Positions 17,838 through 27,990 of a stretch of DNA of 64,000 nucleotides are shown here, piece by piece. The notes beneath the pieces were generated by a model. It was not told the DNA's origin. It ran no database searches and was given only the letters and a program-made list of their open reading frames with translations. Numbering within the stretch: the first letter of the stretch is position 1; every line of letters begins with the position of its first letter. The translations under genes were made by a program, and so were the position numbers. This DNA comes from an uncultured Alphaproteobacteria bacterium. Its GTDB lineage: Bacteria > Pseudomonadota > Alphaproteobacteria > Rhizobiales > Beijerinckiaceae. The DNA lies in NCBI GenBank assembly GCA_963720425.1, contig OY970391.1:2459557-2523556 (forward strand). The letters are read 5' to 3'.

Positions 17838-18566
17838 TCAATCGAAGTCGATGAACGCCTTCAATTGGTCGAGCTTGAGTTTGAGGTCTCGCGGCGTAAC
17901 CCGGTGAAGCATGCCCTCCCCTTCAAGACGGACCAGCGCGCGGGTCACCGTTTCCGCCGATGTGCCGAGATAGTCCGCGATATCGTACCGGCTCATCGGA
18001 AGGGTCAGAATTTGTTTGCTCTGATCGAAGTAATGCTCATGGGCCGAACAATCGACCAGGAAGACGGCAAGGCGTCGCTGAATGTTAAACCGCCCCATCA
18101 CAATGAGTTGGCGTTGCGTGTTGCGCAGGTCGTACACCGCCTTGATGAGGAATGCATCCTGAATGTTCGGATTCTTCAGAAGGAAGCGCTCAAGCTTTCT
18201 GACCGGGAACCGGTAGACCCTGGACGAGGCGATGGTCTCCGCTGAATTGACGTACTTTCCATGATCCGCGAGCCCGAACAGGTCGCCAGGCCAATGAAAT
18301 GCCAGGATCTGACGTTCGCCATTGCGCAGCGTGTGATAGATCCGAACCACTCCGTCGGTTAGGAGATAAGTGAAAGCAGCGTCATCGCCTTGCGAAAATG
18401 TTTCCGAACCGGTCCGGAAGTCAATAATCTGCGCCACCCGCCTGAGGTCGGCCTTGTCGGAGGCGGTGAGTGCAAGATACGGGGCTTCCTCGCCGTGTTC
18501 GCGCGGCCAGCTGCGGGCCGCGCGTATCCGGATGTCGGCACGGCTTGGGTTGCTGGAGCGTAGCAT
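17838..18566 (-). CDS. Crp/Fnr (FixK-like) transcriptional regulator
   Basis: cNMP-binding-like fold (FSQGDDAAFTYLLTDGVVRIY) and C-terminal HTH (YLGTSAETVTRALVRLE); no N-terminal Cys cluster. Confidence 0.8.
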   Translation of the reverse strand: MLRSSNPSRADIRIRAARSWPREHGEEAPYLALTASDKADLRRVAQIIDFRTGSETFSQGDDAAFTYLLTDGVVRIYHTLRNGERQILAFHWPGDLFGLADHGKYVNSAETIASSRVYRFPVRKLERFLLKNPNIQDAFLIKAVYDLRNTQRQLIVMGRFNIQRRLAVFLVDCSAHEHYFDQSKQILTLPMSRYDIADYLGTSAETVTRALVRLEGEGMLHRVTPRDLKLKLDQLKAFIDFD

Positions 18567-18644
18567 CAGGGGGGCAGCCGCCGCGCCACCGGAAGGGTTG
18601 GGTGGACTTTGTTGTCCGCGGACGGTGCTGGCGTGAGCAGGCTC

Positions 18645-18895
18645 CTAGCAGGAATCGGCGCTGGTCGGCAAAGGCTTCTTACGACCGGGTTTTGCAGCGC
18701 GGTGGAGCAGCGTGTCCGTTTCGACACCCAGTACGGCTGCGAGCTTGTCGACCATGTCGATGCTGGCGCTGTAGACGTAGCGCTCGAGCGCGCTGACATA
18801 GGTTCGGTCGACGCCGGCCTCGAGTGCGAGAGGCTGAGAGTAGCCTTTTTCGTGTCGGGCCCGACGTAGGTTCCGAAAACCTCCCGTATGTCCAT
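18645..18895 (-). pseudogene. XRE-family HTH regulator with 1-nt deletion
   Basis: MDIREVFG / NLRRARHEKGYSQPLALEAGVDRTYVSALERYVYSASIDMVDKLAAVLGV; frame change near 18872. Confidence 0.55.
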
Positions 18896-19053
18896 ACAGG
18901 AGTAGAGCATCGTTGCGATGTGTATTTCCCCACGGAGTATGCTCGAAATTCGGTTATTTCTCCCGTCTAGGGTCCGAAATTTGGGCCCATCATTCCTGAC
19001 TTTCGTCAGGGCAGCAAGGGCTATCCACCCCTAGTTTTGCAGACGGCGGCGTC

Positions 19054-19281
19054 TATGCCAATGATCCGATCGCCTTTCATTTGCGGGCGATGAACATGCT
19101 CTATGAAGGATTGAAGAGCAACAACACCAAGATCGTCATCGTGCCGAGCACGGCGGTCGAAACGATGCAGCTCGGCGGCTTGGCCGGTTTAACGGCATTG
19201 ACTACGACGTTGCGTCAGGAGCGCGCGCCGGGCGCGCCGCCGCCGGGGCCTTGGTCTGGCTCCGCGCCCGAGGCCGAGTGA
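19054..19281 (+). pseudogene. SPFH/band-7 gene, 3' fragment
   Basis: About 88% identical to 20871-21089 (ANDPIAFHLRAMNMLYEGLKSNN..). Confidence 0.75.
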
Positions 19282-19362
19282 ATAGTTTCGCTTATTGTCA
19301 TCAACGCCGCTACTGGCGAGTTAGGTTTTAGGCAAGACGGCGACAATCGTGAGGAGAGAGCC

Positions 19363-19740
19363 ATGAAAGATGACGTTACATCACCGGACAAGTCAAAGCG
19401 AGCGAGCGAAGGAAATGGCGCGGACTTCAGCGCTTGGATGGGCAGCAGCATTCATGTCTGGGAAAGCTGGGCACATTCCAGCTCTTCCATGATGAAAGAC
19501 TCCTACGAACTCGCACAGGAGATGCTGAAATTCTGGCAGACGCGCTTTCAGGCTGACATCGATGCCTTGAAGGCTCTTACAGCCTGCGGGAGCCCCAGCG
19601 CTCTGTTCGAGTGTCACAAAGCGTTCGTGGAGAAGGCCACTGCTCAGTACGTCGAGGAAGCGAGCAAGCTCAGCAACCGGATGATCAGCATCATGAGCAA
19701 TGTCGCCGTTCCCTTCCGGGATCAGGGGACAAAATCATGA
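19363..19740 (+). CDS. phasin-like protein
   Basis: 125 aa, GAGGAG RBS; helical sequence FWQTRFQADIDALKALTACGSPSALFECHKAFVEKATAQYVEEASK resembles phasin family 2. Confidence 0.45.
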   Translation: MKDDVTSPDKSKRASEGNGADFSAWMGSSIHVWESWAHSSSSMMKDSYELAQEMLKFWQTRFQADIDALKALTACGSPSALFECHKAFVEKATAQYVEEASKLSNRMISIMSNVAVPFRDQGTKS

Positions 19741-20047
19741 TGAGGTCCCCTCGGTGCCTCGCAAACTAAACAGGAGTCCCGACACTGGTTCTGGGCCGAG
19801 CCCTGACCTAGAGGCGCCCTCCGTACAACCCTGCTCCGCGATCCTGCACGCGAAAAGCGCATTAGGCGGAAAAAGCAATGGCGGAAGTTTCTCCGTATTT
19901 TCCGAGTCTCCCGCTCGCGTCCTCGGATGCCTATCCTCTTTTTTGCCGTTGCCGGTCTGCAAGTCGTCATAGAGAAAGTCGTGCCGACCTTTCGGCCCGG
20001 TACTGATTTGCGTCAAGGCGACGAGAGTCCGAATGCGCCAAATGTGT

Positions 20048-20135
20048 GAGTGTCTTGCGAGCGAGATCTGAGTGTCTTGCGAGCGAGATTTGGGTGTCTT
20101 GCGAGCGAGATCTGAGTGTCTTGCGAGTGAGATCA
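20048..20135. repeat. 4 x 22-bp tandem direct repeat GAGTGTCTTGCGAGCGAGATCT
   Basis: Units at 20048, 20070, 20092 and 20114 with 0-3 mismatches; ends 22 bp upstream of the SPFH start. Confidence 0.9.
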
Positions 20136-20156
20136 ACGCGGAAGAGGGGAATCGAG

Positions 20157-21089
20157 ATGAGGAAACCTAGCTCTCTGCCAGGATTGATCTTCGTCGTCAT
20201 CTTCGCCGCCGGCTTGATCTTCGCCTATCCAATCTTTTCCTTTGCCGGCTACGAGGAGAGCCTCCTGATTGCCGTCTGTTCTTTTATCATCGCTTCTATT
20301 GTCTCCTATTCCATCAAGGTCGCGGATCAGTGGGAACGGGTTGTCGTTCTGCGGCTCGGTCGCTTCCGTTCGCTTGAAGGACCGGGCCTGTTTTTCATTA
20401 TTCCGATCATCGAGACCGTGGCCTATTGGATCGACACGCGCGTGATTACGAGCACGTTCAAGGCGGAAAAGACCCTCACCAAAGACACAGTGCCTGTGGA
20501 CGTCGATGCCGTGCTGTTCTGGAAGGTTATCGATCCGAAAAAGGCGGCGCTCGACGTTGCCGATTACGTCAGCGCCATTAATTGGGCAGCGCAGACCGCG
20601 CTTCGCGACGTCATCGGCAAGACCATGCTTTCGGACATGCTGGAAGGCCGGGATAAGATCAGCAGCGAGCTGCAGAAGATCATCGACGTGCGGACTGAGC
20701 CATGGGGCATCAACGTAATTTCGGTAGAGGTCAAGGACGTGCTGATTCCGCCGGCGCTGGAAGACGCGATGTCGATGCAGGCGCAGGCGGAGCGCGAACG
20801 CCAGGCGCGCGTCATTCTCGGCGATTCAGAGCGCCAAGTCGCCGAGAAATTTGCCGAGGCAGCAAAGACTTACGCCAATGATCCGATCGCCTTTCATTTG
20901 CGGGCGATGAACATGCTCTACGAAGGATTGAAGAGCAATAATGCCAAGATCGTCATCGTGCCGAGCACGGCGGTCGAAACGATGCAACTCGGCGGCCTGG
21001 CGGGACTGACGGCTTTGACCACGACCTTGGGTCAAGAACCGGCGCCGCCGGCCAGCGTCCCGGGTCCATGGTCCGGCGCCACCCCGTGA
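20157..21089 (+). CDS. SPFH/band-7 (stomatin-like) membrane protein
   Basis: N-terminal TM segments, then ERVVVLRLGRFRSLEGPGLFFIIPIIE..VDVDAVLFWKV..; GAGGGGA RBS. Confidence 0.85.
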   Translation: MRKPSSLPGLIFVVIFAAGLIFAYPIFSFAGYEESLLIAVCSFIIASIVSYSIKVADQWERVVVLRLGRFRSLEGPGLFFIIPIIETVAYWIDTRVITSTFKAEKTLTKDTVPVDVDAVLFWKVIDPKKAALDVADYVSAINWAAQTALRDVIGKTMLSDMLEGRDKISSELQKIIDVRTEPWGINVISVEVKDVLIPPALEDAMSMQAQAERERQARVILGDSERQVAEKFAEAAKTYANDPIAFHLRAMNMLYEGLKSNNAKIVIVPSTAVETMQLGGLAGLTALTTTLGQEPAPPASVPGPWSGATP

Positions 21090-21197
21090 AACCGTAATCG
21101 CGTCGCGGCCTGTAGATGGCAATGAGAGTGCGTGCGGCTGCGTCCCTGCTTTGCAAACAAAGGAAACGGATGCGGAGCGCAGTGAGAGGAGAGAGTG

Positions 21198-21584
21198 ATG
21201 ACCAACAATTTCGATGAAATCCAGAAGGTGGGCGAGGAACAGCTTGAGACGGCCAGTTCGGTTGCCGCTTCACTTGCGAAGGGTCTCCAGACGATCGCGG
21301 CCGAGACTGCCGATTTCTCAAAAGGGTCGATCGAAGCAAATTCGGCCTATGTTGAGAAATTATTGGCTGCAGAGTCACTCGAAGAGCTGATTCAGATCCA
21401 CTCCGAATATGCCAAGTGTAATTATGACAGGCTCACTGCTCAGGTAACGAAGATCGGCCAGCTCTACACCAACCTTGCCAAGGATGTTTTCAAGCCGGCT
21501 GAAGCCGCTTTTGCGAAGCTTCAGGCTTCCACGGCGGATCATTTTTGCGAAAGAGCCATGGCTGCGGCGGATCCAATGCCGTAG
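21198..21584 (+). CDS. phaP: phasin (PHA granule-associated protein)
   Basis: FDEIQKVGEEQLETASSVAASLAKGLQTIAAETADFSKGSIEANSAYVEKLLAAESLEELIQIHSEYAK. Confidence 0.65.
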   Translation: MTNNFDEIQKVGEEQLETASSVAASLAKGLQTIAAETADFSKGSIEANSAYVEKLLAAESLEELIQIHSEYAKCNYDRLTAQVTKIGQLYTNLAKDVFKPAEAAFAKLQASTADHFCERAMAAADPMP

Positions 21585-21636
21585 CGGCCTGAGAGTGCGG
21601 CGTACGCATCGCCGAAAGTTGCAGAAGGAGCGAACC

Positions 21637-22359
21637 ATGGCTCGCACAGCAATTGTCACAGGCGGGGTGACCGGCATCGGTGCATCGACATGCCGGGCCT
21701 TCAAGAAGGCTGGATATCAGGTCGTGGCGACATATTTTGGGAATGGAGCCGACGCCAAGAAATTTCATGAAGAGACCGGAATTCAAACATTCGAGTGGAA
21801 TGTTGCCGACTTCGATGGTTGCCAACGCGGAGTTGCAGATGTCGTAAAGGCGATCGGGCCGATCGATATATTGGTCAATAACGCCGGTATTACGCGGGAT
21901 GCAACCTTGCACAAGATGACATACGAGCAATGGCGTTCAGTGATCGACGTCGATCTCGGAGGCTGTTTCAATATGTGCCGTTCGGTGATCGAGTCGATGC
22001 GCGAGCGACGCTTCGGCAGAATCGTGAACATAAGCTCAATCAACGCTCTGGCGGGGCAATTCGGCCAGACTAATTACGCTGCCGCGAAGGCCGGGATTAT
22101 CGGCTTCACCAAGGCCCTTGCGCTCGAAGGGGCTGCTCGCGGCATTACTGTCAATGCCATCGCACCCGGATATACGGACACTGCGATGGTTGCAACGGTG
22201 CGCCGAGACATCTTGGACAAAATCGTCGCGACCGTGCCTGTCCGACGTTTGGCAAAACCGGAAGAGATCGCGCGCGGCGTTATGTTTCTTATCGATGATG
22301 ATGCGGCTTTCATCACAGGTACCACCTTGTCGATCAACGGCGGCAAGTACATGCAGTAA
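21637..22359 (+). CDS. phaB: acetoacetyl-CoA reductase
   Basis: MARTAIVTGGVTGIGAST..; SDR motifs; GAAGGAG RBS. Confidence 0.9.
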   Translation: MARTAIVTGGVTGIGASTCRAFKKAGYQVVATYFGNGADAKKFHEETGIQTFEWNVADFDGCQRGVADVVKAIGPIDILVNNAGITRDATLHKMTYEQWRSVIDVDLGGCFNMCRSVIESMRERRFGRIVNISSINALAGQFGQTNYAAAKAGIIGFTKALALEGAARGITVNAIAPGYTDTAMVATVRRDILDKIVATVPVRRLAKPEEIARGVMFLIDDDAAFITGTTLSINGGKYMQ

Positions 22360-22388
22360 GCGAAGCGCAAATTCGAGGAGAAGTCGTC

Positions 22389-23576
22389 ATGGGTGAACCT
22401 GCTGTCGTTCTCTGCGCACCGGTTCGCACAGCCATCGGCGCCTACAAGGGTACGCTGAAGGATATCCCTGCACCCGACCTCGGCGCGGACGTCGTCAAAG
22501 CGACCTTGGCACGAGCAAGGCTCGACGCGGGGAAAGTCGAGACGACTGTCATGGGCCAGGTCATACAGGCGGGCGCCAAGATGAACCCGGCGCGACAAGC
22601 TTCGGTTAAAGGGGGCGTTCCGGTGACGGTGCCCGCCATGACAGTCAACCGGGTGTGCGGTTCCGGCGCGCAAGCCATCGTGAGCGTTGCGCAAGAGATC
22701 ATGCTCGGTCTCGCTCGATGCGGCATCGCGGGGGGCATGGAGAATATGGATCAAGCACCTTACCTCATGTCCGGCGGGCGCTGGGGCTATCGCATGGGCG
22801 ATGCCGAAATCTATGACAGCATGTTACGCGATGGCCTGAACGACGCGTTCTGCGATCAACATTCGGGTTGGGTTACGGAGGACCTCGTAGCGAAATTTCA
22901 AATCACGCGCGAGGCTCAGGACCGTTGGGCCTGCCGTTCGCAGACGAGGTTCAGCGCCGCGCAGGCTGCGGGAAAATTCAAGGAAGAGATCGTCGCGGTC
23001 GAGGTGCCAACCCACAAAGGCCCTGTCGCATTCGACCGCGACGAAAATAACCGGCCGGACACGACCGTCGAAACGCTGGCCAAGCTAAGACCCGCGTTTC
23101 GTAAGGACGGGACCATAACTGCGGGAAACTCCCCCGGACTCAACAGCGGCGCTGCTGCGATGGTTGTCGCCGACGCAGCCTGGGCCGAAAAGCAAGGCAT
23201 CGAACCAATGGCGCGGCTCGTATCATTCGGCGTTGGAGCCGTCGAGCCCGGGATGTTCGGCTTGGGACCCGTGCCTGCCGTGCATCAGGCCCTGGAACAA
23301 GCCGGTTGGAAGATTGGCGATGTCGAACGCGTTGAAATCAATGAAGCATTTGCAGCCATCGCTTTGGCCTTGATTCAGGAACTAGGACTTCCTGAAGACA
23401 TCGTGAACGTCGAAGGCGGGGCCGTGGCTCATGGCCACCCGATCGGCGCGACGGGCGCCGTGCTGGCGACACGGTTGATCCACGCGATGCGGCGCGATCA
23501 CCTTCGGCGGGGTTTGGTGACGATCTGCATCGGCGGTGGCCAAGGCATAGCTCTGACACTCGAGGCGGTGCACTGA
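22389..23576 (+). CDS. phaA: acetyl-CoA acetyltransferase (thiolase)
   Basis: 395 aa; NRVCGSGAQAI, ..NEAFA.., CIGGGQGIA thiolase signatures. Confidence 0.9.
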   Translation: MGEPAVVLCAPVRTAIGAYKGTLKDIPAPDLGADVVKATLARARLDAGKVETTVMGQVIQAGAKMNPARQASVKGGVPVTVPAMTVNRVCGSGAQAIVSVAQEIMLGLARCGIAGGMENMDQAPYLMSGGRWGYRMGDAEIYDSMLRDGLNDAFCDQHSGWVTEDLVAKFQITREAQDRWACRSQTRFSAAQAAGKFKEEIVAVEVPTHKGPVAFDRDENNRPDTTVETLAKLRPAFRKDGTITAGNSPGLNSGAAAMVVADAAWAEKQGIEPMARLVSFGVGAVEPGMFGLGPVPAVHQALEQAGWKIGDVERVEINEAFAAIALALIQELGLPEDIVNVEGGAVAHGHPIGATGAVLATRLIHAMRRDHLRRGLVTICIGGGQGIALTLEAVH

Positions 23577-23686
23577 TAGGCAAAGAACAGGCAATCTGAC
23601 CTGCCGGTGGCCCAAGTCAAATCGCGTTGGTGCATCGATGCAAGTGGAATAAAGACGTGCAACACAAGCCTGAGGAGGACGGGAGA

Positions 23687-24172
23687 ATGAAACCGAAGTA
23701 CGATGCTCTCACGGCAGGCGCAGACCGGTTGAACGCATTGCTTGGCTGGTGGGGAGCCCCAATTGCCAGCGGCAATGGCAAGATGGACGGGCAGATGAAG
23801 TTGCTCCAACAACTCGCGTCGGACCTGCAGAAGACATGCAGGGATGCCGATAGCGGCCAGATGGAAGGTTTGTTCAGCAGCAACGATCGGCTCATCCACT
23901 CGTGTCAGGAGCTGTTGCACAGCCGGCAGCCGCAAGAGGTGATGGCCGCAGAATTGGATATTTTGGCGACTTTTCTCGATAGCGCGTCGCTGCGCGCGAG
24001 GCGATGGGCCGAGTTGACGCAGAAGCTGGAGGAATACTGTGCCACACTGGCGCGCGATGCGGCCGAGGAGCTTTGTCAACAAGCTCAGGAGACAGTTCTA
24101 CGACGGGATCGGAGGAGTCCAAACAGGGCTCCTTCGAGCAGATGCGCAAATAGTCGGCGCACGCATAAATAG
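23687..24172 (+). CDS. hypothetical helical protein (possibly phasin/PHA-related)
   Basis: 161 aa from ATG 23687 with GAGGAGGA RBS; lies between phaA and phaC. Confidence 0.4.
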   Translation: MKPKYDALTAGADRLNALLGWWGAPIASGNGKMDGQMKLLQQLASDLQKTCRDADSGQMEGLFSSNDRLIHSCQELLHSRQPQEVMAAELDILATFLDSASLRARRWAELTQKLEEYCATLARDAAEELCQQAQETVLRRDRRSPNRAPSSRCANSRRTHK

Positions 24173-24210
24173 TGACGCCGGCGTAGGAGCAAAACCGATG
24201 GAGCATCGCT

Positions 24211-26115
24211 ATGACTGAGTCCAGGAACAAGCAAGCGACCGACCGACCGGAGACGCTGCTTCTTGGCGCGAGTGACGCGAAGCCTCCGCAACGAAATCTC
24301 ACACCGTCGAAGGCCTCGTCTTCCGCCAGCAGAGCGATAATACCTGTCGCACGAAGTGTTTCGGCCGAAGCGCCGCGCGAAACCAGTTACGCACCCGGAA
24401 TGCCGCCGACCGGCTTCGACCAGCCGTTTAACGAGGCGATCGCGCGCCTGACCGGCGGTTTGTCGCCGCTCGCACTGAGCCTGGCCGGCGCGGACTGGGC
24501 GCAGCATCTATTGCTATCGCCTGACAAGCAACTCGCACTCATCCATAAGGCGGCACGAAAGTGGCAGCGGTTCCTATCCTATTGCGGACGCGCATGCGCC
24601 GACAGCGAATGTCCCGTCTGCATCGAACCGCTGCCTCAGGATAGGCGCTTTGTCGATCCTGCATGGCAGCGTTGGCCTTTCAATGCGATGTATCAAGGCT
24701 TCCTGCTCAACCAGCAATGGTGGTACAATGCGATGAAGGGGGTACCGGGCGTCTCCAAACATCACGAGGACGTTGTATCCTTCGTTGCCCGTCAGTTCCT
24801 CGATATTGCCTCTCCGTCCAATTTTGCGCTGACGAACCCGGTGGTGCTCGATCAGACTGTCAAGCAAGGCGGAGCAAACTTTCTCAGGGGCGTTCAGAAC
24901 TTTTGGGAAGACTGGAGCCGGATCGCCAATAATGACAAGCTTGTAGGGGCGGAGGCTTTTCGCGTCGGCCACGAGGTTGCCGCGACACCAGGCAAGGTTA
25001 TCTTCCGCAACCGTCTGATCGAGCTCATCCAATACGCGCCGATGACGCAGGAAGTCCAAGCCGAGCCGATTCTTATCGTCCCGGCCTGGATCATGAGGTA
25101 CTACATTCTCGATCTGTCGCCGAAGAATTCGCTCGTTCGTTACCTCGTCGAGAATGGCTACACCGTTTTCGTCATTTCGTGGAAGAATCCGACCGAGAAA
25201 GAGCGCGACCTCGGCATGGAGGACTATCGCCGGCTGGGCGTCATGGCCGCACTCGATGCCGTTGCGGCGATACTGCCAAATCAGCAAGTCCATGCGGTCG
25301 GTTATTGTCTGGGCGGGACGCTCCTTGCTATCGCAGCGGCCGCGATGGCGCGCGACGGTGACGAGCGGATTAAGAGCGTCACGCTGTTTGCGGCCCAAAC
25401 GGACTTCACCGAGGCGGGCGAGCTTATGCTCTTCATCGACGAGGATCAGGTCAGGTTCCTCGAGGACATGATGCAGGATAAGGGCTATCTCGACGCCAAA
25501 CAAATGGCTGGAGCATTCCAGCTTTTACACTCGAACGACCTCATCTGGTCGACCATGGTGCATGAATACCTGATGGGCGAACGCAGGCCGATGATCGACC
25601 TCATGGCCTGGAACGCCGATGCCACTCGCCTGCCCGCCCGCATGCATTCGGAGTACCTGCGGCACTTGTTCCTCGACAACGATCTGGCCGAGGGACGCTA
25701 CGAGGTCGACGGCAAGCCCGTCTCCTTGCGGGATATCCATGTACCGCTCTTTGCCGTCAGCACCATCAGGGACCACGTCGCACCGTGGCGCTCCGTCTAC
25801 AAGATCCAGATGCTAACTGACGCCGATGTGACTTTCGTTCTGTGCAATGGCGGCCACAACGCCGGTATCGTCAATCCGCCCACCCATCCGCACAGCCGCC
25901 TGCAGATCGCGACCCACAAGGAACGCGAGGCCTATCTAGATCCAGACGCCTGGCAGGCGGAGGCTGTTCATCACGAAGGGTCGTGGTGGCCGTGGTGGAT
26001 GGAATGGCTCCATCGTTACTCCTTCGGGAAGATGGCACCACCGGCCATGGGCGCGCCCGACAAAGGCTACGTGCCGATCGGAGACGCGCCAGGCACCTAC
26101 GTCAGAGAACCTTAA
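24211..26115 (+). CDS. phaC: class I poly(3-hydroxyalkanoate) synthase
   Basis: 634 aa; lipase-box-like GYCLGGT; PAWIMRYYILDL, WNADATRLP. Confidence 0.9.
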   Translation: MTESRNKQATDRPETLLLGASDAKPPQRNLTPSKASSSASRAIIPVARSVSAEAPRETSYAPGMPPTGFDQPFNEAIARLTGGLSPLALSLAGADWAQHLLLSPDKQLALIHKAARKWQRFLSYCGRACADSECPVCIEPLPQDRRFVDPAWQRWPFNAMYQGFLLNQQWWYNAMKGVPGVSKHHEDVVSFVARQFLDIASPSNFALTNPVVLDQTVKQGGANFLRGVQNFWEDWSRIANNDKLVGAEAFRVGHEVAATPGKVIFRNRLIELIQYAPMTQEVQAEPILIVPAWIMRYYILDLSPKNSLVRYLVENGYTVFVISWKNPTEKERDLGMEDYRRLGVMAALDAVAAILPNQQVHAVGYCLGGTLLAIAAAAMARDGDERIKSVTLFAAQTDFTEAGELMLFIDEDQVRFLEDMMQDKGYLDAKQMAGAFQLLHSNDLIWSTMVHEYLMGERRPMIDLMAWNADATRLPARMHSEYLRHLFLDNDLAEGRYEVDGKPVSLRDIHVPLFAVSTIRDHVAPWRSVYKIQMLTDADVTFVLCNGGHNAGIVNPPTHPHSRLQIATHKEREAYLDPDAWQAEAVHHEGSWWPWWMEWLHRYSFGKMAPPAMGAPDKGYVPIGDAPGTYVREP

Positions 26116-26147
26116 GGACGAATCCCGGTGCTCATTGGGAGACGAAG

Positions 26148-26921
26148 ATGGAGGCCACGCTGTCGCTTCGGGGCAAGAGAGGATTGGTCGCCGGCATCGC
26201 CAATGAGCACAGCATCGCCTTCGGCTGCGCCAAGTCGTTCCGCGACGCCGGTGCGGAGCTCGCCGTCACCTATCTCAACGCGAAGGCCGAGCCCTATGTA
26301 CGTCCCCTGGCCGAGCAGCTCGCAAGCCCGATCATTGTTCCTTGCGACGTGCGCGAGCCGGGCCAGCTTGAGGCCGTTTTCTCGCGCATAAAGCAACAAT
26401 GGGGCCGGCTCGACTTCCTGCTCCATTCGATCGCCTATGCGCCGGAAGAAGATCTGCATGCCCGCATCACCGACTGTTCGCAGGCCGGGTTCGCAATGGC
26501 GATGGAGGTCTCCTGCCATTCCTTCATCCGCATGGCGCATCTGGCCGAGCCGTTGATGACGCAGGGCGGATGTCTGCTGACTGTCACCTTCTACGGCTCA
26601 GAAAAAGTCGTCGAGGAATATAATCTCATGGGCCCTGTCAAGGCGGCGCTCGAAAGTTCGGTTCGCTACATGGCGGCCGAGCTTGGAGAAAAACGCATCC
26701 GCGTGCACGCACTTTCGCCGGGACCGCTCAAGACGCGCGCCGCGTCCGGCATCGAGCGATTCGACGAGCTTCTCGAGCGGGCGCGCTCGCGCGCGCCCGA
26801 GCATCGGCTGGTGAGCATCGAGGACGTGGGCAATGTCGCGGCCTTCCTCGTCAGCGACGGTGCAACGGCGCTCACGGGGAACATCGAATATATCGACGCC
26901 GGTTACCACATCGTCGCCTGA
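26148..26921 (+). CDS. fabI: enoyl-[ACP] reductase FabI-type
   Basis: LRGKRGLVAGIANEHSIAFG..YNLMGPVKAALE.. Confidence 0.85.
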   Translation: MEATLSLRGKRGLVAGIANEHSIAFGCAKSFRDAGAELAVTYLNAKAEPYVRPLAEQLASPIIVPCDVREPGQLEAVFSRIKQQWGRLDFLLHSIAYAPEEDLHARITDCSQAGFAMAMEVSCHSFIRMAHLAEPLMTQGGCLLTVTFYGSEKVVEEYNLMGPVKAALESSVRYMAAELGEKRIRVHALSPGPLKTRAASGIERFDELLERARSRAPEHRLVSIEDVGNVAAFLVSDGATALTGNIEYIDAGYHIVA

Positions 26922-26940
26922 CGCGCCTGCGGAGGACGCA

Positions 26941-27414
26941 ATGGAGCGGATCGAAAACCGAACGTTCGACGAACTGAAACCGGGAGACGCGGCAAAGACC
27001 TTGTCCGAACGCTCACCCACAAGGACATCGAGCTGTTCGCGATCATGTCCGATGACGCCAATCCCGCCCATGCGGACGAGGCCATTGCCAAGAGCGACAT
27101 GTTCCACAAGGTGGTGGCACTTCGTCTACCGCATCGGCCGCGAGTTGGGCTCCCTGGCCGCCAGCCTCGGCGGAATGGACGCATTGGTATTCACCGCGGG
27201 AATTGGCGAGAATGCAGCCGAGATCCGGCGCCGGGTTTGTGAGGATGCCGCCTGGCTTGGTGTCGATCTCGACGAAGGCGCCAACGCGACCGGCGGTCCC
27301 CGGATCACGCGCGCGAACAGCCGGGCGTCGGCCTGGGTCATCCCGACGGACGAAGATCTGATGATCGCGCGGCACGCTTGGACATTAATGAACGCACAGG
27401 CGGTCAGTAGTTGA
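26941..27414 (+). pseudogene. deletion remnant: MaoC-dehydratase N-terminus joined to acetate kinase C-terminus
   Basis: MERIENRTFDELKPGDAAK / LVRTLTHKDIELFAIMSDDANPAHAD..FHKVV, then YRIGRELGSLAASLGGMDALVFTAGIGENAAEIRRRV..WVIPTDEDLMIARH. Confidence 0.65.
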
Positions 27415-27538
27415 GGAACATCGTGCCCATAAGATCGCGGAGACTGACATGCGCGTACAGCGCCCACCAAGCCCGCATTCGCATTGGCTAGGACATAGCG
27501 AGCGCCGGGGACTCGTGGTGCCTATTGCGCATCGGCTG

Positions 27539-27895
27539 TTATCCGACGATCCATTGCAGCGCTTCGTGTTCGTGGCCCTTGTCGTAGGCTTTTACCTCCG
27601 GATGCAGAAACATTCTCACCGCGCCAATAAGATAATGCTGCCAATCATGCCCGACGATGACTGCGATTCGCTCTACTTTTTGCTGATGACTTCTTACGAA
27701 CTCCGCATGATGTTCAAACGCCGCAATATTTTCCCATCCACTGAGTTTGGATGCATCAACCAGCAATCGGATCTTCCCGTACTGACTGATAAGGGAATCG
27801 ACCTGCGGCGTAATTTGGCGGAAGTCGTCGGCTTTCAATTTCTCCGGCGCCACGATCTTCAATACATTGGCGGAAATAATTTCTGTCTTGATCAT
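27539..27895 (-). CDS. STAS/SpoIIAA-like protein, paralog 3 (divergent)
   Basis: MIKTEIISANVLKIVAPEKLKADDF..IRLLVD..VERIAVIVGHDWQ. Confidence 0.6.
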   Translation of the reverse strand: MIKTEIISANVLKIVAPEKLKADDFRQITPQVDSLISQYGKIRLLVDASKLSGWENIAAFEHHAEFVRSHQQKVERIAVIVGHDWQHYLIGAVRMFLHPEVKAYDKGHEHEALQWIVG

Positions 27896-27990
27896 GGTGA
27901 AACGTCCCTCAGCTTGAAAGAACGCCGCATTTAGCGGCGACGCGTTGTGCAGTCTTCTGGAACCAGAATAAAGGCGAGGTCGCAAGAGCA

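Noticed and set aside
20048-20135. CRISPR array (also considered for the 36127-36615 repeats)
   Set aside because: The 22-bp units are contiguous without spacers. The 36-kb repeats are in-frame coding repeats of a P-ATPase tail. No cas genes are present in the window.
23631-23642. Perfect 12-bp palindrome TGCATCGATGCA upstream of the 23687 ORF as an operator
   Set aside because: It occurs once. About 15 perfect 12-bp palindromes are expected by chance in 64 kb, and no related second site was seen.
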